47,457 bases of DNA from Candidatus Nomurabacteria bacterium (GCA_020631955.1 JACKGL010000005.1:1-47457); one strand, 5' to 3'. Positions 7,326 to 19,827 are shown, counted from the stretch's first letter. Notes: generated by a model not told the origin, from the sequence alone. Program-made: numbers and translations.

Positions 7326-7526
7326 ATGCAAAAAGGAACAATTGCACGTTTAACAGATAAAGGATTTGGCTTTATCACTCGCGAAGGCGAAGATAGAGAT
7401 CTATTCTTTCATTCAAGTGAACTTCAAGGCGTAGCTTACAACGATCTAAGCGTAGGCCAAGAAGTAGAATTTGAAGTAGCACAAGGACCTAAAGGACCTA
7501 ACGCTACAAACGTTAAACTAGCTTAA
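7326..7526 (+). CDS. cspA: Cold-shock protein, CspA family
   Basis: 66 aa. MQKGTIARLTDKGFGFITREGEDRDLFFHSSEL contains the RNP1 (KGFGFI) and RNP2-like (DLFFH) motifs. Confidence 0.95.
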   Translation: MQKGTIARLTDKGFGFITREGEDRDLFFHSSELQGVAYNDLSVGQEVEFEVAQGPKGPNATNVKLA

Positions 7527-7556
7527 CAAAAAAGACCGGAATTCCGGTCTTTTTTG
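7527..7556. terminator. Bidirectional intrinsic terminator between convergent genes
   Basis: aaaaaa-agaccgg-aatt-ccggtct-ttttt. Confidence 0.8.
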
Positions 7557-7558
7557 TT

Positions 7559-8203
7559 TTATATATAATCAAATTCTCTAAAAACTTGTTCAAAGTTGGC
7601 CACACTTTCTAGTGCTTTCCTTCGAGATAAATTATACAAAGCTCCACCGTGAGCCACATCATTTCTTACTTTATGAGCTGACCAAGCTTTGTCCAAAGTG
7701 ACAAAGTCTCCTACTTCTGCATTTTTTAACATTTCTCCTACGCCGTCTCCTGAATACCCTTCTTCCTTTAAAAGATCTTCCAACATATTATCCGCGTCAA
7801 CTATAGCAAAACGCCAATCGTTCTCATTGTCACTTTCTAGGTGTTCTACTATGTTGTTCCATCTTTTTTGATTTATGAGTTTGTGTTCGTTACCACTAGC
7901 ATAAGCCCCCGAAGCGGCTTCCCTCTCAAAAGCTGTGGCTTCATAATAATCTTCTTCTAGTTTTTTATCATCATCTTTATGAGTCTTATATATACCAATA
8001 ATAAAATATATTATCATTATCAGAAAAACCAGACACAAAAGTATAGAGAAAAATTTTATCCAAACACTGTTTTGCAGCCACCAATCATCGATACCTGCAA
8101 AAAAGCTATAGATCTTATAAAACAAATATTCAAGATTCAAAAAAGTAGGGTCTACTAGTTTGTCTCCATTTATTATTTTGTCTATAAGTCCAGCTTCTTG
8201 CAT
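7559..8203 (-). CDS. Single-pass membrane protein with a C-terminal DUF4145/HEPN-like domain
   Basis: TM segment VWIKFFSILLCLVFLIMIIYFIIGIY. The C-terminal domain ends with AHKVRNDVAHGG, an R-x4-H motif in the RN..aH context. Confidence 0.45.
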   Translation of the reverse strand: MQEAGLIDKIINGDKLVDPTFLNLEYLFYKIYSFFAGIDDWWLQNSVWIKFFSILLCLVFLIMIIYFIIGIYKTHKDDDKKLEEDYYEATAFEREAASGAYASGNEHKLINQKRWNNIVEHLESDNENDWRFAIVDADNMLEDLLKEEGYSGDGVGEMLKNAEVGDFVTLDKAWSAHKVRNDVAHGGALYNLSRRKALESVANFEQVFREFDYI

Positions 8204-8204
8204 G

Positions 8205-9626
8205 TTATTTTATTTTATCTTCTATATCTATACAAAAATCAATAAGTCTTTCGTCTTCATACTTTCTACCGGAAAAATGTATATCTAGTGGCATACCGTT
8301 GCTATGTTTGCCTGTAGGTACTGATATGGCAGGTATACCAGATATGTTGGCAGTAGAAGTAAATACATCAGAAAGATACATCTCTACTGGGTCACTAGTT
8401 TTTTCTCCTATCTTGAAAGCAGGGCTAGGTGTAGTAGGAGTAGCTATGACATCTACTTTTTCAAACATATCATCAAACTCCTTAGTGATGGCATTCTTCA
8501 TGTTTACAGCTTTTTTGTAGTAGGAATCATAATACCCATGTGAAAGTACATAAGTCCCAAGCATAACTCTTCTTATAGTTTCTTTTCCAAAACCTTCTCC
8601 ACGACTTTTCTTGTATACACCAGAAAGATCTTTATCACTTACTCTGTTACCATAACGTATACCATCAAATCTTGATAGGTTTGTAGACACCTCTGCCGGC
8701 ATAATAATATAATACACCGCCAAAGAATAAGGAGCTAGAGGCAAATCTATAGGCACTATCTCATAACCTTCTTTTTCTAAAAGAGAAATATTGTTTTTAA
8801 AATTCTCCAACGTCTCTTTGTCTATACCTTCTATATCAACAAGTCCCCAAGGCACACCTATCTTTTTTACTTTCTTATCATTTTTGTTTTTTTGTCTTAT
8901 TTCTTCTTTTATACTAGTAGCATCATTTTTGTCATAAAAACTTATGAAATCGTTTATTATCTTTGCGTCATGCGAGTCTTTTGTTATAGGACCTATCTGA
9001 TCGAAAGAATTGGCCATAGAATAGAGTCCGTACCTAGTCACTAGTCCATATGTAGGTTTGAAGCCTACAACCCCACAGAAGGCAGCTGGTTGACGTATAG
9101 ACCCTCCTGTATCAGAACCTAAGGCAAAAAGACACATACCAGACACCAAAGCACTCACACTACCTCCAGAAGATCCTCCTGGTACTCTGGTGGTATCTAG
9201 TGGGTTTTTAGTCACACCATACGCAGAGTTCTCAGTAGAAGAACCCATGGCAAACTCGTCCATGTTTGATCTACCTACTATCACAGCACCAGCTTCTAAA
9301 AGCTTTTGTACTACAGGTGAAGAATAAGAAGCTTTGTAGTTGCTAAGTATTTTAGAAGAAGAACTACTTATATGTCCTTTGTATAAAATATTGTCTTTTA
9401 TCACTACTGGTATACCTGTGATGGCAGTAGCTTTACCACTATCTATCATATCTTGCGCTCTTTTTACATCATCTTTTACATCAAACACTTCCAAAAGCGC
9501 ATTTAACTCCTGGTTTTTTTCTTTTATATTTTTTAGACACTCACCGACAAGATCTTCTACTGTTATATCTTTACTAAGTAGTTTTTTATGAGCTTCTTTT
9601 ACTGTTAGTTCTTGTATATTAATCAT
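8205..9626 (-). CDS. gatA: Glutamyl-tRNA(Gln) amidotransferase subunit A
   Basis: 473 aa. Amidase signature GGSSGGSVSAL and DTGGSIRQPAAFCG. Overlaps gatC by 8 nt. Confidence 0.9.
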   Translation of the reverse strand: MINIQELTVKEAHKKLLSKDITVEDLVGECLKNIKEKNQELNALLEVFDVKDDVKRAQDMIDSGKATAITGIPVVIKDNILYKGHISSSSSKILSNYKASYSSPVVQKLLEAGAVIVGRSNMDEFAMGSSTENSAYGVTKNPLDTTRVPGGSSGGSVSALVSGMCLFALGSDTGGSIRQPAAFCGVVGFKPTYGLVTRYGLYSMANSFDQIGPITKDSHDAKIINDFISFYDKNDATSIKEEIRQKNKNDKKVKKIGVPWGLVDIEGIDKETLENFKNNISLLEKEGYEIVPIDLPLAPYSLAVYYIIMPAEVSTNLSRFDGIRYGNRVSDKDLSGVYKKSRGEGFGKETIRRVMLGTYVLSHGYYDSYYKKAVNMKNAITKEFDDMFEKVDVIATPTTPSPAFKIGEKTSDPVEMYLSDVFTSTANISGIPAISVPTGKHSNGMPLDIHFSGRKYEDERLIDFCIDIEDKIK

Positions 9627-9906
9627 CGTTTCTCAGTACTGTGTTAACCTTCAAAAATCCATCTTCTTGATCAGGAAAAGATTCTTTTATTATCTTGATA
9701 GTTTCTGCATCAGAACTCACCACGGTATCTTCACGGAAAGTGTTTTCATCATCGTATTTTATATCTATATCACCCGTTTCGACACTCTGTATTTGGTCCA
9801 CATAAGCTAATATAGATTTGAAATCCTCAAGTAATGCAGTCTTTTCTTCTGTGTCGAGGTCTATCCTGGCTAGTTCTGAAAGTTTTGTAATATCATCAAT
9901 ATTCAT
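9619..9906 (-). CDS. gatC: Glutamyl-tRNA(Gln) amidotransferase subunit C
   Basis: MNIDDITKLSELARIDLDTEEKTALLEDFKSILAYVDQI is GatC-like. The ATG at 9906 is preferred over the track start at 9921 because TATAAT lies 6 nt upstream of it. Confidence 0.85.
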   Translation of the reverse strand: MNIDDITKLSELARIDLDTEEKTALLEDFKSILAYVDQIQSVETGDIDIKYDDENTFREDTVVSSDAETIKIIKESFPDQEDGFLKVNTVLRNDD

Positions 9907-9912
9907 AACAAT

Positions 9913-9918
9913 ATTATA
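9913..9918 (-). promoter_or_regulatory. -10 box TATAAT 6 nt upstream of the gatC ATG
   Basis: Minus strand tgTATAATattgttATG. Confidence 0.5.
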
Positions 9919-9937
9919 CACAAATTCGAGTATTATA

Positions 9938-12497
<2,560 letters not shown>

Positions 12498-12507
<10 letters not shown>

Positions 12508-13058
12508 TTAAATATTACTTCTTTTGTCTCAAAATTTTTCTCACTTCCACCTTGCATCCAAGTCACGTTAGACGTGATAAGCACTTCTTGCGATACACCA
12601 GAGAGTATCTCTATAGTGACTTTTCTTCTAAAAGTAGTTTGGTCTCCTGAAATATATCCGTAGTAACCTTTCACATCATCATATTTCAAATAAGATGAAG
12701 TCGTGTATGTATTTACTTGGACACTTGAAGTTTCTGGGTTGTACCATATATTACACCCAGACACAGATTCGCAATTGTCCACATAAGAAAGAAATTCGCT
12801 CCATCTAGTACCAGAGTCTTCATAGTTGATGACCATATCATCTCTTACTTTTCTGACTAGCTCTATGCCTTCTTGGGAAAGATATGTAGCCGTAAGAGAG
12901 TTCTTAAGAGTGTTCACATTAGCAGAACCAGCTGAAGTAGCTACTACCATGACGGCCACCACCATAGAAAGAAGTAACACAGAAACCATGGTCTCTAGTA
13001 TAGTAAAACCTCTCTTAGAATCTTGTATTTTATTTTGGAAAAATATTTTCATCTTCAT
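12498..13058 (-). CDS. Type IV minor pilin (prepilin-type N-terminal cleavage/methylation domain)
   Basis: KRGFTILETMVSVLLLSMVVAV: G/F cleavage site with Glu at +5. Confidence 0.7.
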
Positions 13059-13059
13059 A

Positions 13060-13674
13060 TTATTCTACTGTTATTTCACCCAATCTTCCGACAATAACTT
13101 TCTTTATAGAACCTTGTTGATTTACAATCTCAATACTGACTCTAGTATATTCTGTAGGTAGCCCAGAACTTTGGTCTATAACATAAGGTACTTGCTGTGG
13201 TCTGGTAAATGTAAGAGTCACAGAACTAAGTCCACAATCTTCAAAACCAGATGAAAGTGAAATAGCGCATATCTTACCGAAGCTATATCCAGAAGGAAGA
13301 TTGATAACATCCCTACACTCGTTGAGAGGGTTTTCACAACCTCCGCCGGCGTTGTATCTACCGTTGTTGTTTAGATCTGCAAAATGGTAAAAAGTGCTTT
13401 CATCACGATCTATACGCACACCCCAAGAAGGTTTTGCACCTGAAACGAAGTTGCCGTCTGTCACACCAGACACGGCTTTTGCTTGAGATTCGCGTACCAC
13501 AAGAGCTACATCTTGAGCTATGTTTTCTGTAGATATAGAAGTATTGAAATCAGTAAGGTTGGCTAGTACGATACCTGCAAAAGCTGAAAATATAGATATC
13601 ACAGTTATCATTTCTATTATAGTAAAGCCCGAGTTGGAAATATGTTTTTTATCTTTTCTAGAAAAATTTTTCAT
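13060..13674 (-). CDS. Type IV minor pilin (GspH/FimT-like)
   Basis: NSGFTIIEMITVISIFSAFAGIVL class III signal. Confidence 0.7.
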   Translation of the reverse strand: MKNFSRKDKKHISNSGFTIIEMITVISIFSAFAGIVLANLTDFNTSISTENIAQDVALVVRESQAKAVSGVTDGNFVSGAKPSWGVRIDRDESTFYHFADLNNNGRYNAGGGCENPLNECRDVINLPSGYSFGKICAISLSSGFEDCGLSSVTLTFTRPQQVPYVIDQSSGLPTEYTRVSIEIVNQQGSIKKVIVGRLGEITVE

Positions 13675-13675
13675 A

Positions 13676-14386
13676 TTATAAGTCTAGGTATCTTAAAGCA
13701 GCTCCTGTTTGCACGTCGAAAGCTGTACTCTCGCTCTTATAAAGAACATCACCTTTTATTCTTATAGTGACATATGGCTGAGAAAGATCTATATCACCTT
13801 CTCTTGCACCTTGTACTAAAAATCCAGATTTTTCAAAATCTATTCTAACATTTGGAGGTGTCATAGATATCCATGTTGCACCGGAGTCTGTAGTTTTATA
13901 GAGTCTGGCATCTAAAGTATCGTTTTGGTAAAAAATAGCGTATCCATACTGGTCATTTTTGTTGTCTGGGTCACCCTCAGCTGATTCAAAATAAATGACA
14001 CCACCAGACACACTGAGGGTGGCACAATCATTTGGTGTATACTCACTGATAGCAGAATCCGATATCACTTCTGGTAATTCACCAGCAAAATAAGGAAAAT
14101 ACCCCGGCACACACAGTATATCGCTACCGACTCTTATATTTCTAGCCATATCTTCCATAGAAAAGTTTACATTGTCTATAAGTATCTTTATATTTCTAGC
14201 GACTTTATGATTTTGGTTGGTTACAACCAAAGAACCTATAGCTGTCATCATAACAACAGTAAATATACCCACCGCTACTAGTGTCTCTACAAGAGTAAAA
14301 CCTTTTGCATGTGTGTTGTCAGGATTTGAAAAAATGTTTCTAAGGAAAGTATTTGGAGTATTTTTACTCATACCTATATTGTACAA
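13676..14386 (-). CDS. Type IV minor pilin (PilW-like)
   Basis: AKGFTLVETLVAVGIFTVVMM class III signal. The probable true start is the ATG at 14371, 6 nt after TACAAT (14378-14383). Confidence 0.7.
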   Translation of the reverse strand: MYNIGMSKNTPNTFLRNIFSNPDNTHAKGFTLVETLVAVGIFTVVMMTAIGSLVVTNQNHKVARNIKILIDNVNFSMEDMARNIRVGSDILCVPGYFPYFAGELPEVISDSAISEYTPNDCATLSVSGGVIYFESAEGDPDNKNDQYGYAIFYQNDTLDARLYKTTDSGATWISMTPPNVRIDFEKSGFLVQGAREGDIDLSQPYVTIRIKGDVLYKSESTAFDVQTGAALRYLDL

Positions 14387-14390
14387 CTTT

Positions 14391-15182
14391 CTACAAAATA
14401 ATAGAAATCAATATATCCTCTAGATGAAGTGAATAAACAAAAGCTATAAAAGTACCAAGTACCAAGAAAGGTCCAAAAGGTATCTCTGTCTGCATTTTAT
14501 ATTTTGTACCACGAAGTAACATAAGTATGATAGCCACAGCTGCTCCCATCCAAAAAGATAAAAGTACAGCGGTTGTAGCGGATGAGAGACCTAAGAACCA
14601 TCCCATACCTAGTGCAAGTTTTGCGTCTCCTAGACCTATCCACTTACCTTTGGAAATAGTCCAGAGAAAGTAAAACGGAAAGGCTACTATAGGTCCGGCT
14701 AGTATGTCACCTATAAGAGTCACATCTCTTAAAAGAAACATTCCGAAAAAACTAGTTATCAAGAAAAGATACAAGTATCCAGTGGGTATGAGTTTGTGTC
14801 TATAGTCATAAAAAGATATTACTAGTAGTGAAGAAAAAACTATCAAAGCTATAGCTATACCGCCAAAGAAATAGAAAGGATTTACTAGTCCAAAGTATGG
14901 GAGGAATTTGTAAAACACCATCACAAAGACCACACCAGAAAGTATTTCCATAAGTATATATTCGTTTGATATTTTTGTTTTACAACCTTTACATTTACCT
15001 TTCAGAAATATCTGAGAAAATATTGGCACCATCTCTAGAGCTCCTAGGTTGCGGTTGCAAGTAAAGCACTTGGACCTTCCTCCCATAGTCATGTTTGTAT
15101 TGTATCTATCTAAAGCAACACCCAAGAAACTACCGACTATGGCTCCGAGACAAAAAACGAATATTGTTATCAAAGATAACAT
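14391..15182 (-). CDS. pilD: Prepilin peptidase / N-methyltransferase (A24 family)
   Basis: 263 aa polytopic membrane protein. It has the N-terminal CxxC...CxxC box (CFTCNRNL...CKGCKTKIS) and the GLGDAKL active-site Asp motif. Confidence 0.85.
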   Translation of the reverse strand: MLSLITIFVFCLGAIVGSFLGVALDRYNTNMTMGGRSKCFTCNRNLGALEMVPIFSQIFLKGKCKGCKTKISNEYILMEILSGVVFVMVFYKFLPYFGLVNPFYFFGGIAIALIVFSSLLVISFYDYRHKLIPTGYLYLFLITSFFGMFLLRDVTLIGDILAGPIVAFPFYFLWTISKGKWIGLGDAKLALGMGWFLGLSSATTAVLLSFWMGAAVAIILMLLRGTKYKMQTEIPFGPFLVLGTFIAFVYSLHLEDILISIIL

Positions 15183-15748
15183 TATGAGTTACACCTTACT
15201 GTGCTGTTAGTAAGATCATAGAGCAGTACAGCTGTGGAAGTCGCTGCATTACCAGTCACTTCTCCAGCAAAACCAGTACTGTCTACACACCAGCTCTTTG
15301 TATTATCAGTGGCCAAAGTAGCAGCTATCGCAGCAGAGGCTCCATTTGTGGCACATCTAGTATTGCTAAACCTTTGTGTACCTGTACCAACTAAAGTACC
15401 ATTTGATGCAGAGTTTGATGCTGCGATAGCTTCTTTTGTTTTTTCCGCTTGAGCATCACCGCTTTTAGTAAATACAGAAGTACCTGTAGCTAGTAAACTA
15501 GATACACATTTACTGTTGTTGCCTGTAGATATAGCTGTACCTGTGATACCGTAAGTACCATAAGTACCATTGTTGCTATAATATATACTTATTTCATTTC
15601 TGGCTGATTGGAGATTTTCAAATATGGCTTTGTCTTTTGCTCTTTCTCTTGCAGTCTTTATCTGTCCCAAAACAATAGCAGACAATATCCCTATAATAGC
15701 CACCACTATGAGTAATTCTAGCACTGTAAAGCCTTTTTGTTTTTTCAT
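15182..15748 (-). CDS. Type IV pilin paralogue (188 aa)
   Basis: MKKQKGFTVLELLIVVAIIGILSAIVLG, with C-terminal WCVDSTG...VRC disulfide loop. Confidence 0.8.
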   Translation of the reverse strand: MKKQKGFTVLELLIVVAIIGILSAIVLGQIKTARERAKDKAIFENLQSARNEISIYYSNNGTYGTYGITGTAISTGNNSKCVSSLLATGTSVFTKSGDAQAEKTKEAIAASNSASNGTLVGTGTQRFSNTRCATNGASAAIAATLATDNTKSWCVDSTGFAGEVTGNAATSTAVLLYDLTNSTVRCNS

Positions 15749-15799
15749 AAAAAATGAATAATAATTTTTTTAATAATATAATTATACCACTAAAAGAGA

Positions 15800-16249
15800 T
15801 TATTCACAGGAAGCAGTAGTGCCTGTGACTCCAGCTATACCGCTTTGTACTGCTATACCTTCGCTGTCTATACACCAAGTGTCCCCAGTGTCAGACTTTA
15901 ATGGTACAGAAATAGCCCAACTATCAGCATTTGAACCAGAGCCAGAAGACACGCAGTCAGCTTCTTCACCACCATTTTTAGCTACAGAATCCGCGACAGC
16001 ACTACTAATAACCGAGTCCGCAAAAAGACCTAAAGTACAGTCTGAAGATTCAACCTTGGCACCAAAATCACCATTCTCGGCAAAATATATATAAGCCTGA
16101 GAGCGTATGTTATCTAAATTACCTTTTATAGCAGTATCTGCTGCCTTATCTTTTGCACTACCTATAGCCCCCAAAACTATAGAGGCTAAAGCACCGATTA
16201 TGGATATGGTAATAAGTAATTCTATTATTGTAAAAGCACGATTGTACAT
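15800..16249 (-). CDS. Type IV pilin paralogue (149 aa)
   Basis: MYNRAFTIIELLITISIIGALASIVLG, with C-terminal WCIDSEG...ASCE. Confidence 0.8.
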   Translation of the reverse strand: MYNRAFTIIELLITISIIGALASIVLGAIGSAKDKAADTAIKGNLDNIRSQAYIYFAENGDFGAKVESSDCTLGLFADSVISSAVADSVAKNGGEEADCVSSGSGSNADSWAISVPLKSDTGDTWCIDSEGIAVQSGIAGVTGTTASCE

Positions 16250-16358
16250 AAACTATGTATTAAATATTATACAACATAATATTATAAAAATATATAATTT
16301 CTGTTTGACATATAACTATATATAATTTATAAATAAGCCTAACCAAATTGTTTGAAAA

Positions 16359-19295
16359 GTGAATAATTACTTATTTAACCAAAAAGTCTCAACTTTCCAG
16401 TCATCCAAGGGGGTGATTGATGTGTTGAGCAATTTTTTATTGGTATTCATTATGTTGGTATCAAATCAACTGATGAGCCAGACTTATGTAGATGGGTTTG
16501 ATTACCCTATAGGTGATCGTGGTTATGATACTCTTGGATATGAATACCCGATTCCTGAGCAAATAAACTCTGCTGCTTATACTGTACCTGGATACACAGA
16601 TATAGAAATCAATGAAATGTATCCTGACTGGATAAGTGCTACACCAAACAGAGGTTCAAGCACAACTGTCGGATGGCATAATGATAGTGATGTGGGTGAC
16701 TGGTATACTGGAGGTATACATCCTGGTGAAGATTGGAACTATGGTGCTGCAGGAGATGATATTGGGAAACCTGAGTACTTAGTAGCAAATGGTGTACCGT
16801 GGGATATAAGACCTCTGTCTGGAGACGTGACAATATCTGGATGGTGTATAGTATTTTTACATGTCATGCCATTAACCGGAGACTCCCTTTACAGCTTTTA
16901 CATGCATACAACATGTGCTGCAAATACAGATGGAACAATATGCCTCAATGCATCAGACTTCGGCTTCGTTCCTGGAGTAGAGTTGCCTCGTAATACCATT
17001 GTGGCTCGTGTTGGGAACGTTACAGGCTTCGGATCACATTTACATTTTGAGATTCGTACTCATTACGAAAAATATCCTGCACCTCTCTGGCCAAACGGTC
17101 CTGGAGGCAGGTACCCAGAAAAATCTGCGGAATATCAGTACGGAATCACAATGGAAAAAGTGGCTCAGGCTTACTATGAAATGCAACTTGATGGAATAAT
17201 AGATCCCTCAGACTTCATTGATGCAAATAGGCCAAGTACATTTACTGGAGTGTCCTGCTTAGCCACAGCGGAAGGAGACCCTTTCTCACCTGTGTGGCAA
17301 AAGGTGGTAGGTACATCCGGTAGTGATGTATTAGGATCTATTGTAAAAACCAACGATGGAGGTTACATAGTAGGTGGATCGTCTTCTTCAGAACCTGAAC
17401 TTGATAAAACATCTCCGACGTATGGGTCTGATGACTATTGGATTGTAAAAATAAATAGTTGCGGCGAAGTACAATGGGATAAGTCATACGGAGGATCAGG
17501 TGGTGAAACGCTAGACCAGATAATAAAGTGTAACTCCGGTTATATGTTACTTGGAAGTTCATCCTCAGATATTTCAGGCACCAAATCAGAAAATGGTTTT
17601 GGCTCTAATGATTTCTGGATTGTGAAAATAGATGAAAACGGAACAGAAGAGTGGCAAAAAACTATAGGAGGTACTGCCACTGATGAAAATATGATGGGGG
17701 TACAATTATCTGATGGATCTTATATTGTAGGAGGTCAAAGCCATTCAAGTCTTTCTGGTAACAAAACAGATAGCGGAAAAGGTAGTCTTGATTTCTACTT
17801 TATAAAAATATCTGAAGATGGGAATATGTTGTGGCAAAAAAGCTATGGTGGAAATAGTTCAGACTACCCTAGTTCAATGACAATAGACCCATACGATAAA
17901 GTTGTAATTGCTGGTACTTCGCAATCTGGTATATCTGGGGATAAAGATGAGGGTCTTATGGGTTACTCAGATGCGTGGATTATACAGATTGATGAATCTG
18001 GTAATATAGAATGGCAAAATACGATTGCTGGAAGTGGGTCAGATGGAGCAAGGGGTGTCATCAAGGTTGGTGCCTATATATACACTGCAATAAGATCAAA
18101 TTCAAACGCAGGTGGTGACAAATCCGAAAACAGTTTCGGCCCCTTTGGTGGATCACTTGATAACTGGATTATAAAACTAGACAGCGTAGGAGAAATTGTT
18201 TGGGATAAAACCGTAGGAGGAAATGGAAATGATACTCCAGTACAGATTTACCAAAATGTATCTGGTAAGTTAACAGTATTATCGAGCAGTGAATCAGGTG
18301 TCAGTGGCAATAAAACCTCTGCTTGGTTTGGGGACTATGACGGATGGATTTATCAGATCGATAGTTCTGGAAACTTAAGCTCCGAACAATTGAACCTAGG
18401 TGGAACACTTTCTGAATCACCGGCGTGTTTGATTAGTGCTGACACAATATCTGGAGACGTTATTGTGGGTATGTATTCAAATTCATCAATATCCGGCAAC
18501 AAGAGTGTTGATAACTATGATGCCACTTATACAACAAGTGACTTCTGGCTCGTAAAAGTAAGCCCTGAGGCATGTCTGCTCCCAACTGTTTCTATAGGAG
18601 CTGATGGAGCAACTGTGTTTTGCCAGGGCGAATCTGTCACGCTGACAGCCACACATGATGGTACCACAGTGCAGTGGTATCGAAATGGATCACCTATACC
18701 GGGAGCTACTAGCGACAGCTACATAGCAACCACCAAAGGCACTTACACATGTGAAGTGACGAATGATTGTGGAGTTACTACTTCTGAAAGTATCATGGTA
18801 AATGTGATAAAAGTCACAGTGTCTATAGTTACATTTGACCCTACAACTTTCTGTGAAGGAGATACTGCTACTCTTTATGCCTCGTATTCACCTGGATCCA
18901 CACTTCAGTGGTACAATGGTATGACAATACTTCCAGGAGAAACAGGGGATACATACATAGCTACTACGTCTGGTTATTACAGATGCAAAGCGACAAAAAG
19001 TGGATGTAGCTCTTTCTCCAACATAATACCCATAAGTGTGACCTGTAAAGAAAGCGTTGAGGATACTGATATGCATGTGTTCCCAAACCCCGCAGATGAA
19101 TACATCAGTATAGTATATGGGAACATATCCGGAGTAATGGTCGTGTACGATATAACAGGCCACGCCACGTTCGTTTCACATACAGATGAAAGCGGTTATA
19201 CTACTTTAGACGTAAGCACTTGGACCTCTGGTACTTATGTGCTACGTTTCGTATATGGAGACGTAGATGACAAGGTAGTATTCGTAGTGGAATAG
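16359..19295 (+). CDS. Secreted multidomain protein: M23 (LytM) peptidase, seven ~50-aa propeller-like repeats, two Ig-like domains and a T9SS-type C-terminal sorting domain
   Basis: GTG start. HPGEDWN (HxxxD) and GSHLHFEIR (HxH) M23 motifs. Repeats of the form DGGYIVGGSSSS..SG.K......DFWIVKID..G...W.K..GG span about 17311-18573. Two copies of C.G.SVTLTA....QWY.NG..I.GAT...YIATT.G.Y.C follow. The C-terminus FPNPADEYISIV...GTYVLRF matches the Por/T9SS CTD pattern. Confidence 0.7.
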   Translation: MNNYLFNQKVSTFQSSKGVIDVLSNFLLVFIMLVSNQLMSQTYVDGFDYPIGDRGYDTLGYEYPIPEQINSAAYTVPGYTDIEINEMYPDWISATPNRGSSTTVGWHNDSDVGDWYTGGIHPGEDWNYGAAGDDIGKPEYLVANGVPWDIRPLSGDVTISGWCIVFLHVMPLTGDSLYSFYMHTTCAANTDGTICLNASDFGFVPGVELPRNTIVARVGNVTGFGSHLHFEIRTHYEKYPAPLWPNGPGGRYPEKSAEYQYGITMEKVAQAYYEMQLDGIIDPSDFIDANRPSTFTGVSCLATAEGDPFSPVWQKVVGTSGSDVLGSIVKTNDGGYIVGGSSSSEPELDKTSPTYGSDDYWIVKINSCGEVQWDKSYGGSGGETLDQIIKCNSGYMLLGSSSSDISGTKSENGFGSNDFWIVKIDENGTEEWQKTIGGTATDENMMGVQLSDGSYIVGGQSHSSLSGNKTDSGKGSLDFYFIKISEDGNMLWQKSYGGNSSDYPSSMTIDPYDKVVIAGTSQSGISGDKDEGLMGYSDAWIIQIDESGNIEWQNTIAGSGSDGARGVIKVGAYIYTAIRSNSNAGGDKSENSFGPFGGSLDNWIIKLDSVGEIVWDKTVGGNGNDTPVQIYQNVSGKLTVLSSSESGVSGNKTSAWFGDYDGWIYQIDSSGNLSSEQLNLGGTLSESPACLISADTISGDVIVGMYSNSSISGNKSVDNYDATYTTSDFWLVKVSPEACLLPTVSIGADGATVFCQGESVTLTATHDGTTVQWYRNGSPIPGATSDSYIATTKGTYTCEVTNDCGVTTSESIMVNVIKVTVSIVTFDPTTFCEGDTATLYASYSPGSTLQWYNGMTILPGETGDTYIATTSGYYRCKATKSGCSSFSNIIPISVTCKESVEDTDMHVFPNPADEYISIVYGNISGVMVVYDITGHATFVSHTDESGYTTLDVSTWTSGTYVLRFVYGDVDDKVVFVVE

Positions 19296-19316
19296 ATAAG
19301 TATAAGTTTTTATAAG

Positions 19317-19342
19317 CTCCAGCATTCATACTGGAGTTTTTT
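19317..19342 (+). terminator. Intrinsic terminator of the 978-aa gene
   Basis: ctccag-cattcata-ctggag-tttttt. Confidence 0.7.
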
Positions 19343-19347
19343 AATGC

Positions 19348-19376
19348 AAAAAAACCACCCATAAGGGTGGTTTTTT
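19348..19376. terminator. Bidirectional intrinsic terminator (serves pilA on the minus strand)
   Basis: aaaaaaa-ccaccc-ataa-gggtgg-tttttt. Confidence 0.8.
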
Positions 19377-19395
19377 ATATAACTATAGAGTTAAA

Positions 19396-19794
19396 TTATC
19401 CACAAACTGTAGCTGAGGCACCTTTAGTAGCAGCTGCTGCTGCAGAAGTTCCTGTAGAGTCTACACACCAGTATGAATCATCAGAAAGTTGACCTTCTGC
19501 TGCCCATGCACCGGCAGCAGCATCACAGTCACCTGCGTTTGTACTAGCTGCAGTAACCATGGCAGCAACTTGTGTATCAGTACATACATTAGTTGTAGCA
19601 TCTGTATAATAATTACCATTATCATCATAGTAAAGTTCAGCTTCTGCTCTTATGTTAGCTAAGTTAGCTTTAATAGCAGCGTCTTCACCTTTTGATCTTG
19701 CTGTGTTAAGTGAAGCAAGAACGATAGATGCAAGGATACCAATGATTGCGATAACAACCAAAAGTTCTATAAGTGTAAAACCTTTATTCTTCAT
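19396..19794 (-). CDS. pilA: Major type IV pilin candidate (132 aa)
   Basis: MKNKGFTLIELLVVIAIIGILASIVLASL, C-terminal WCVDSTG...TVCG. It has its own promoter, a structured leader and a strong terminator, and lies directly downstream of pilC. Confidence 0.8.
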   Translation of the reverse strand: MKNKGFTLIELLVVIAIIGILASIVLASLNTARSKGEDAAIKANLANIRAEAELYYDDNGNYYTDATTNVCTDTQVAAMVTAASTNAGDCDAAAGAWAAEGQLSDDSYWCVDSTGTSAAAAATKGASATVCG

Positions 19795-19827
19795 AAAAAA
19801 ATTTATAAACTATTAATAATTACGACT

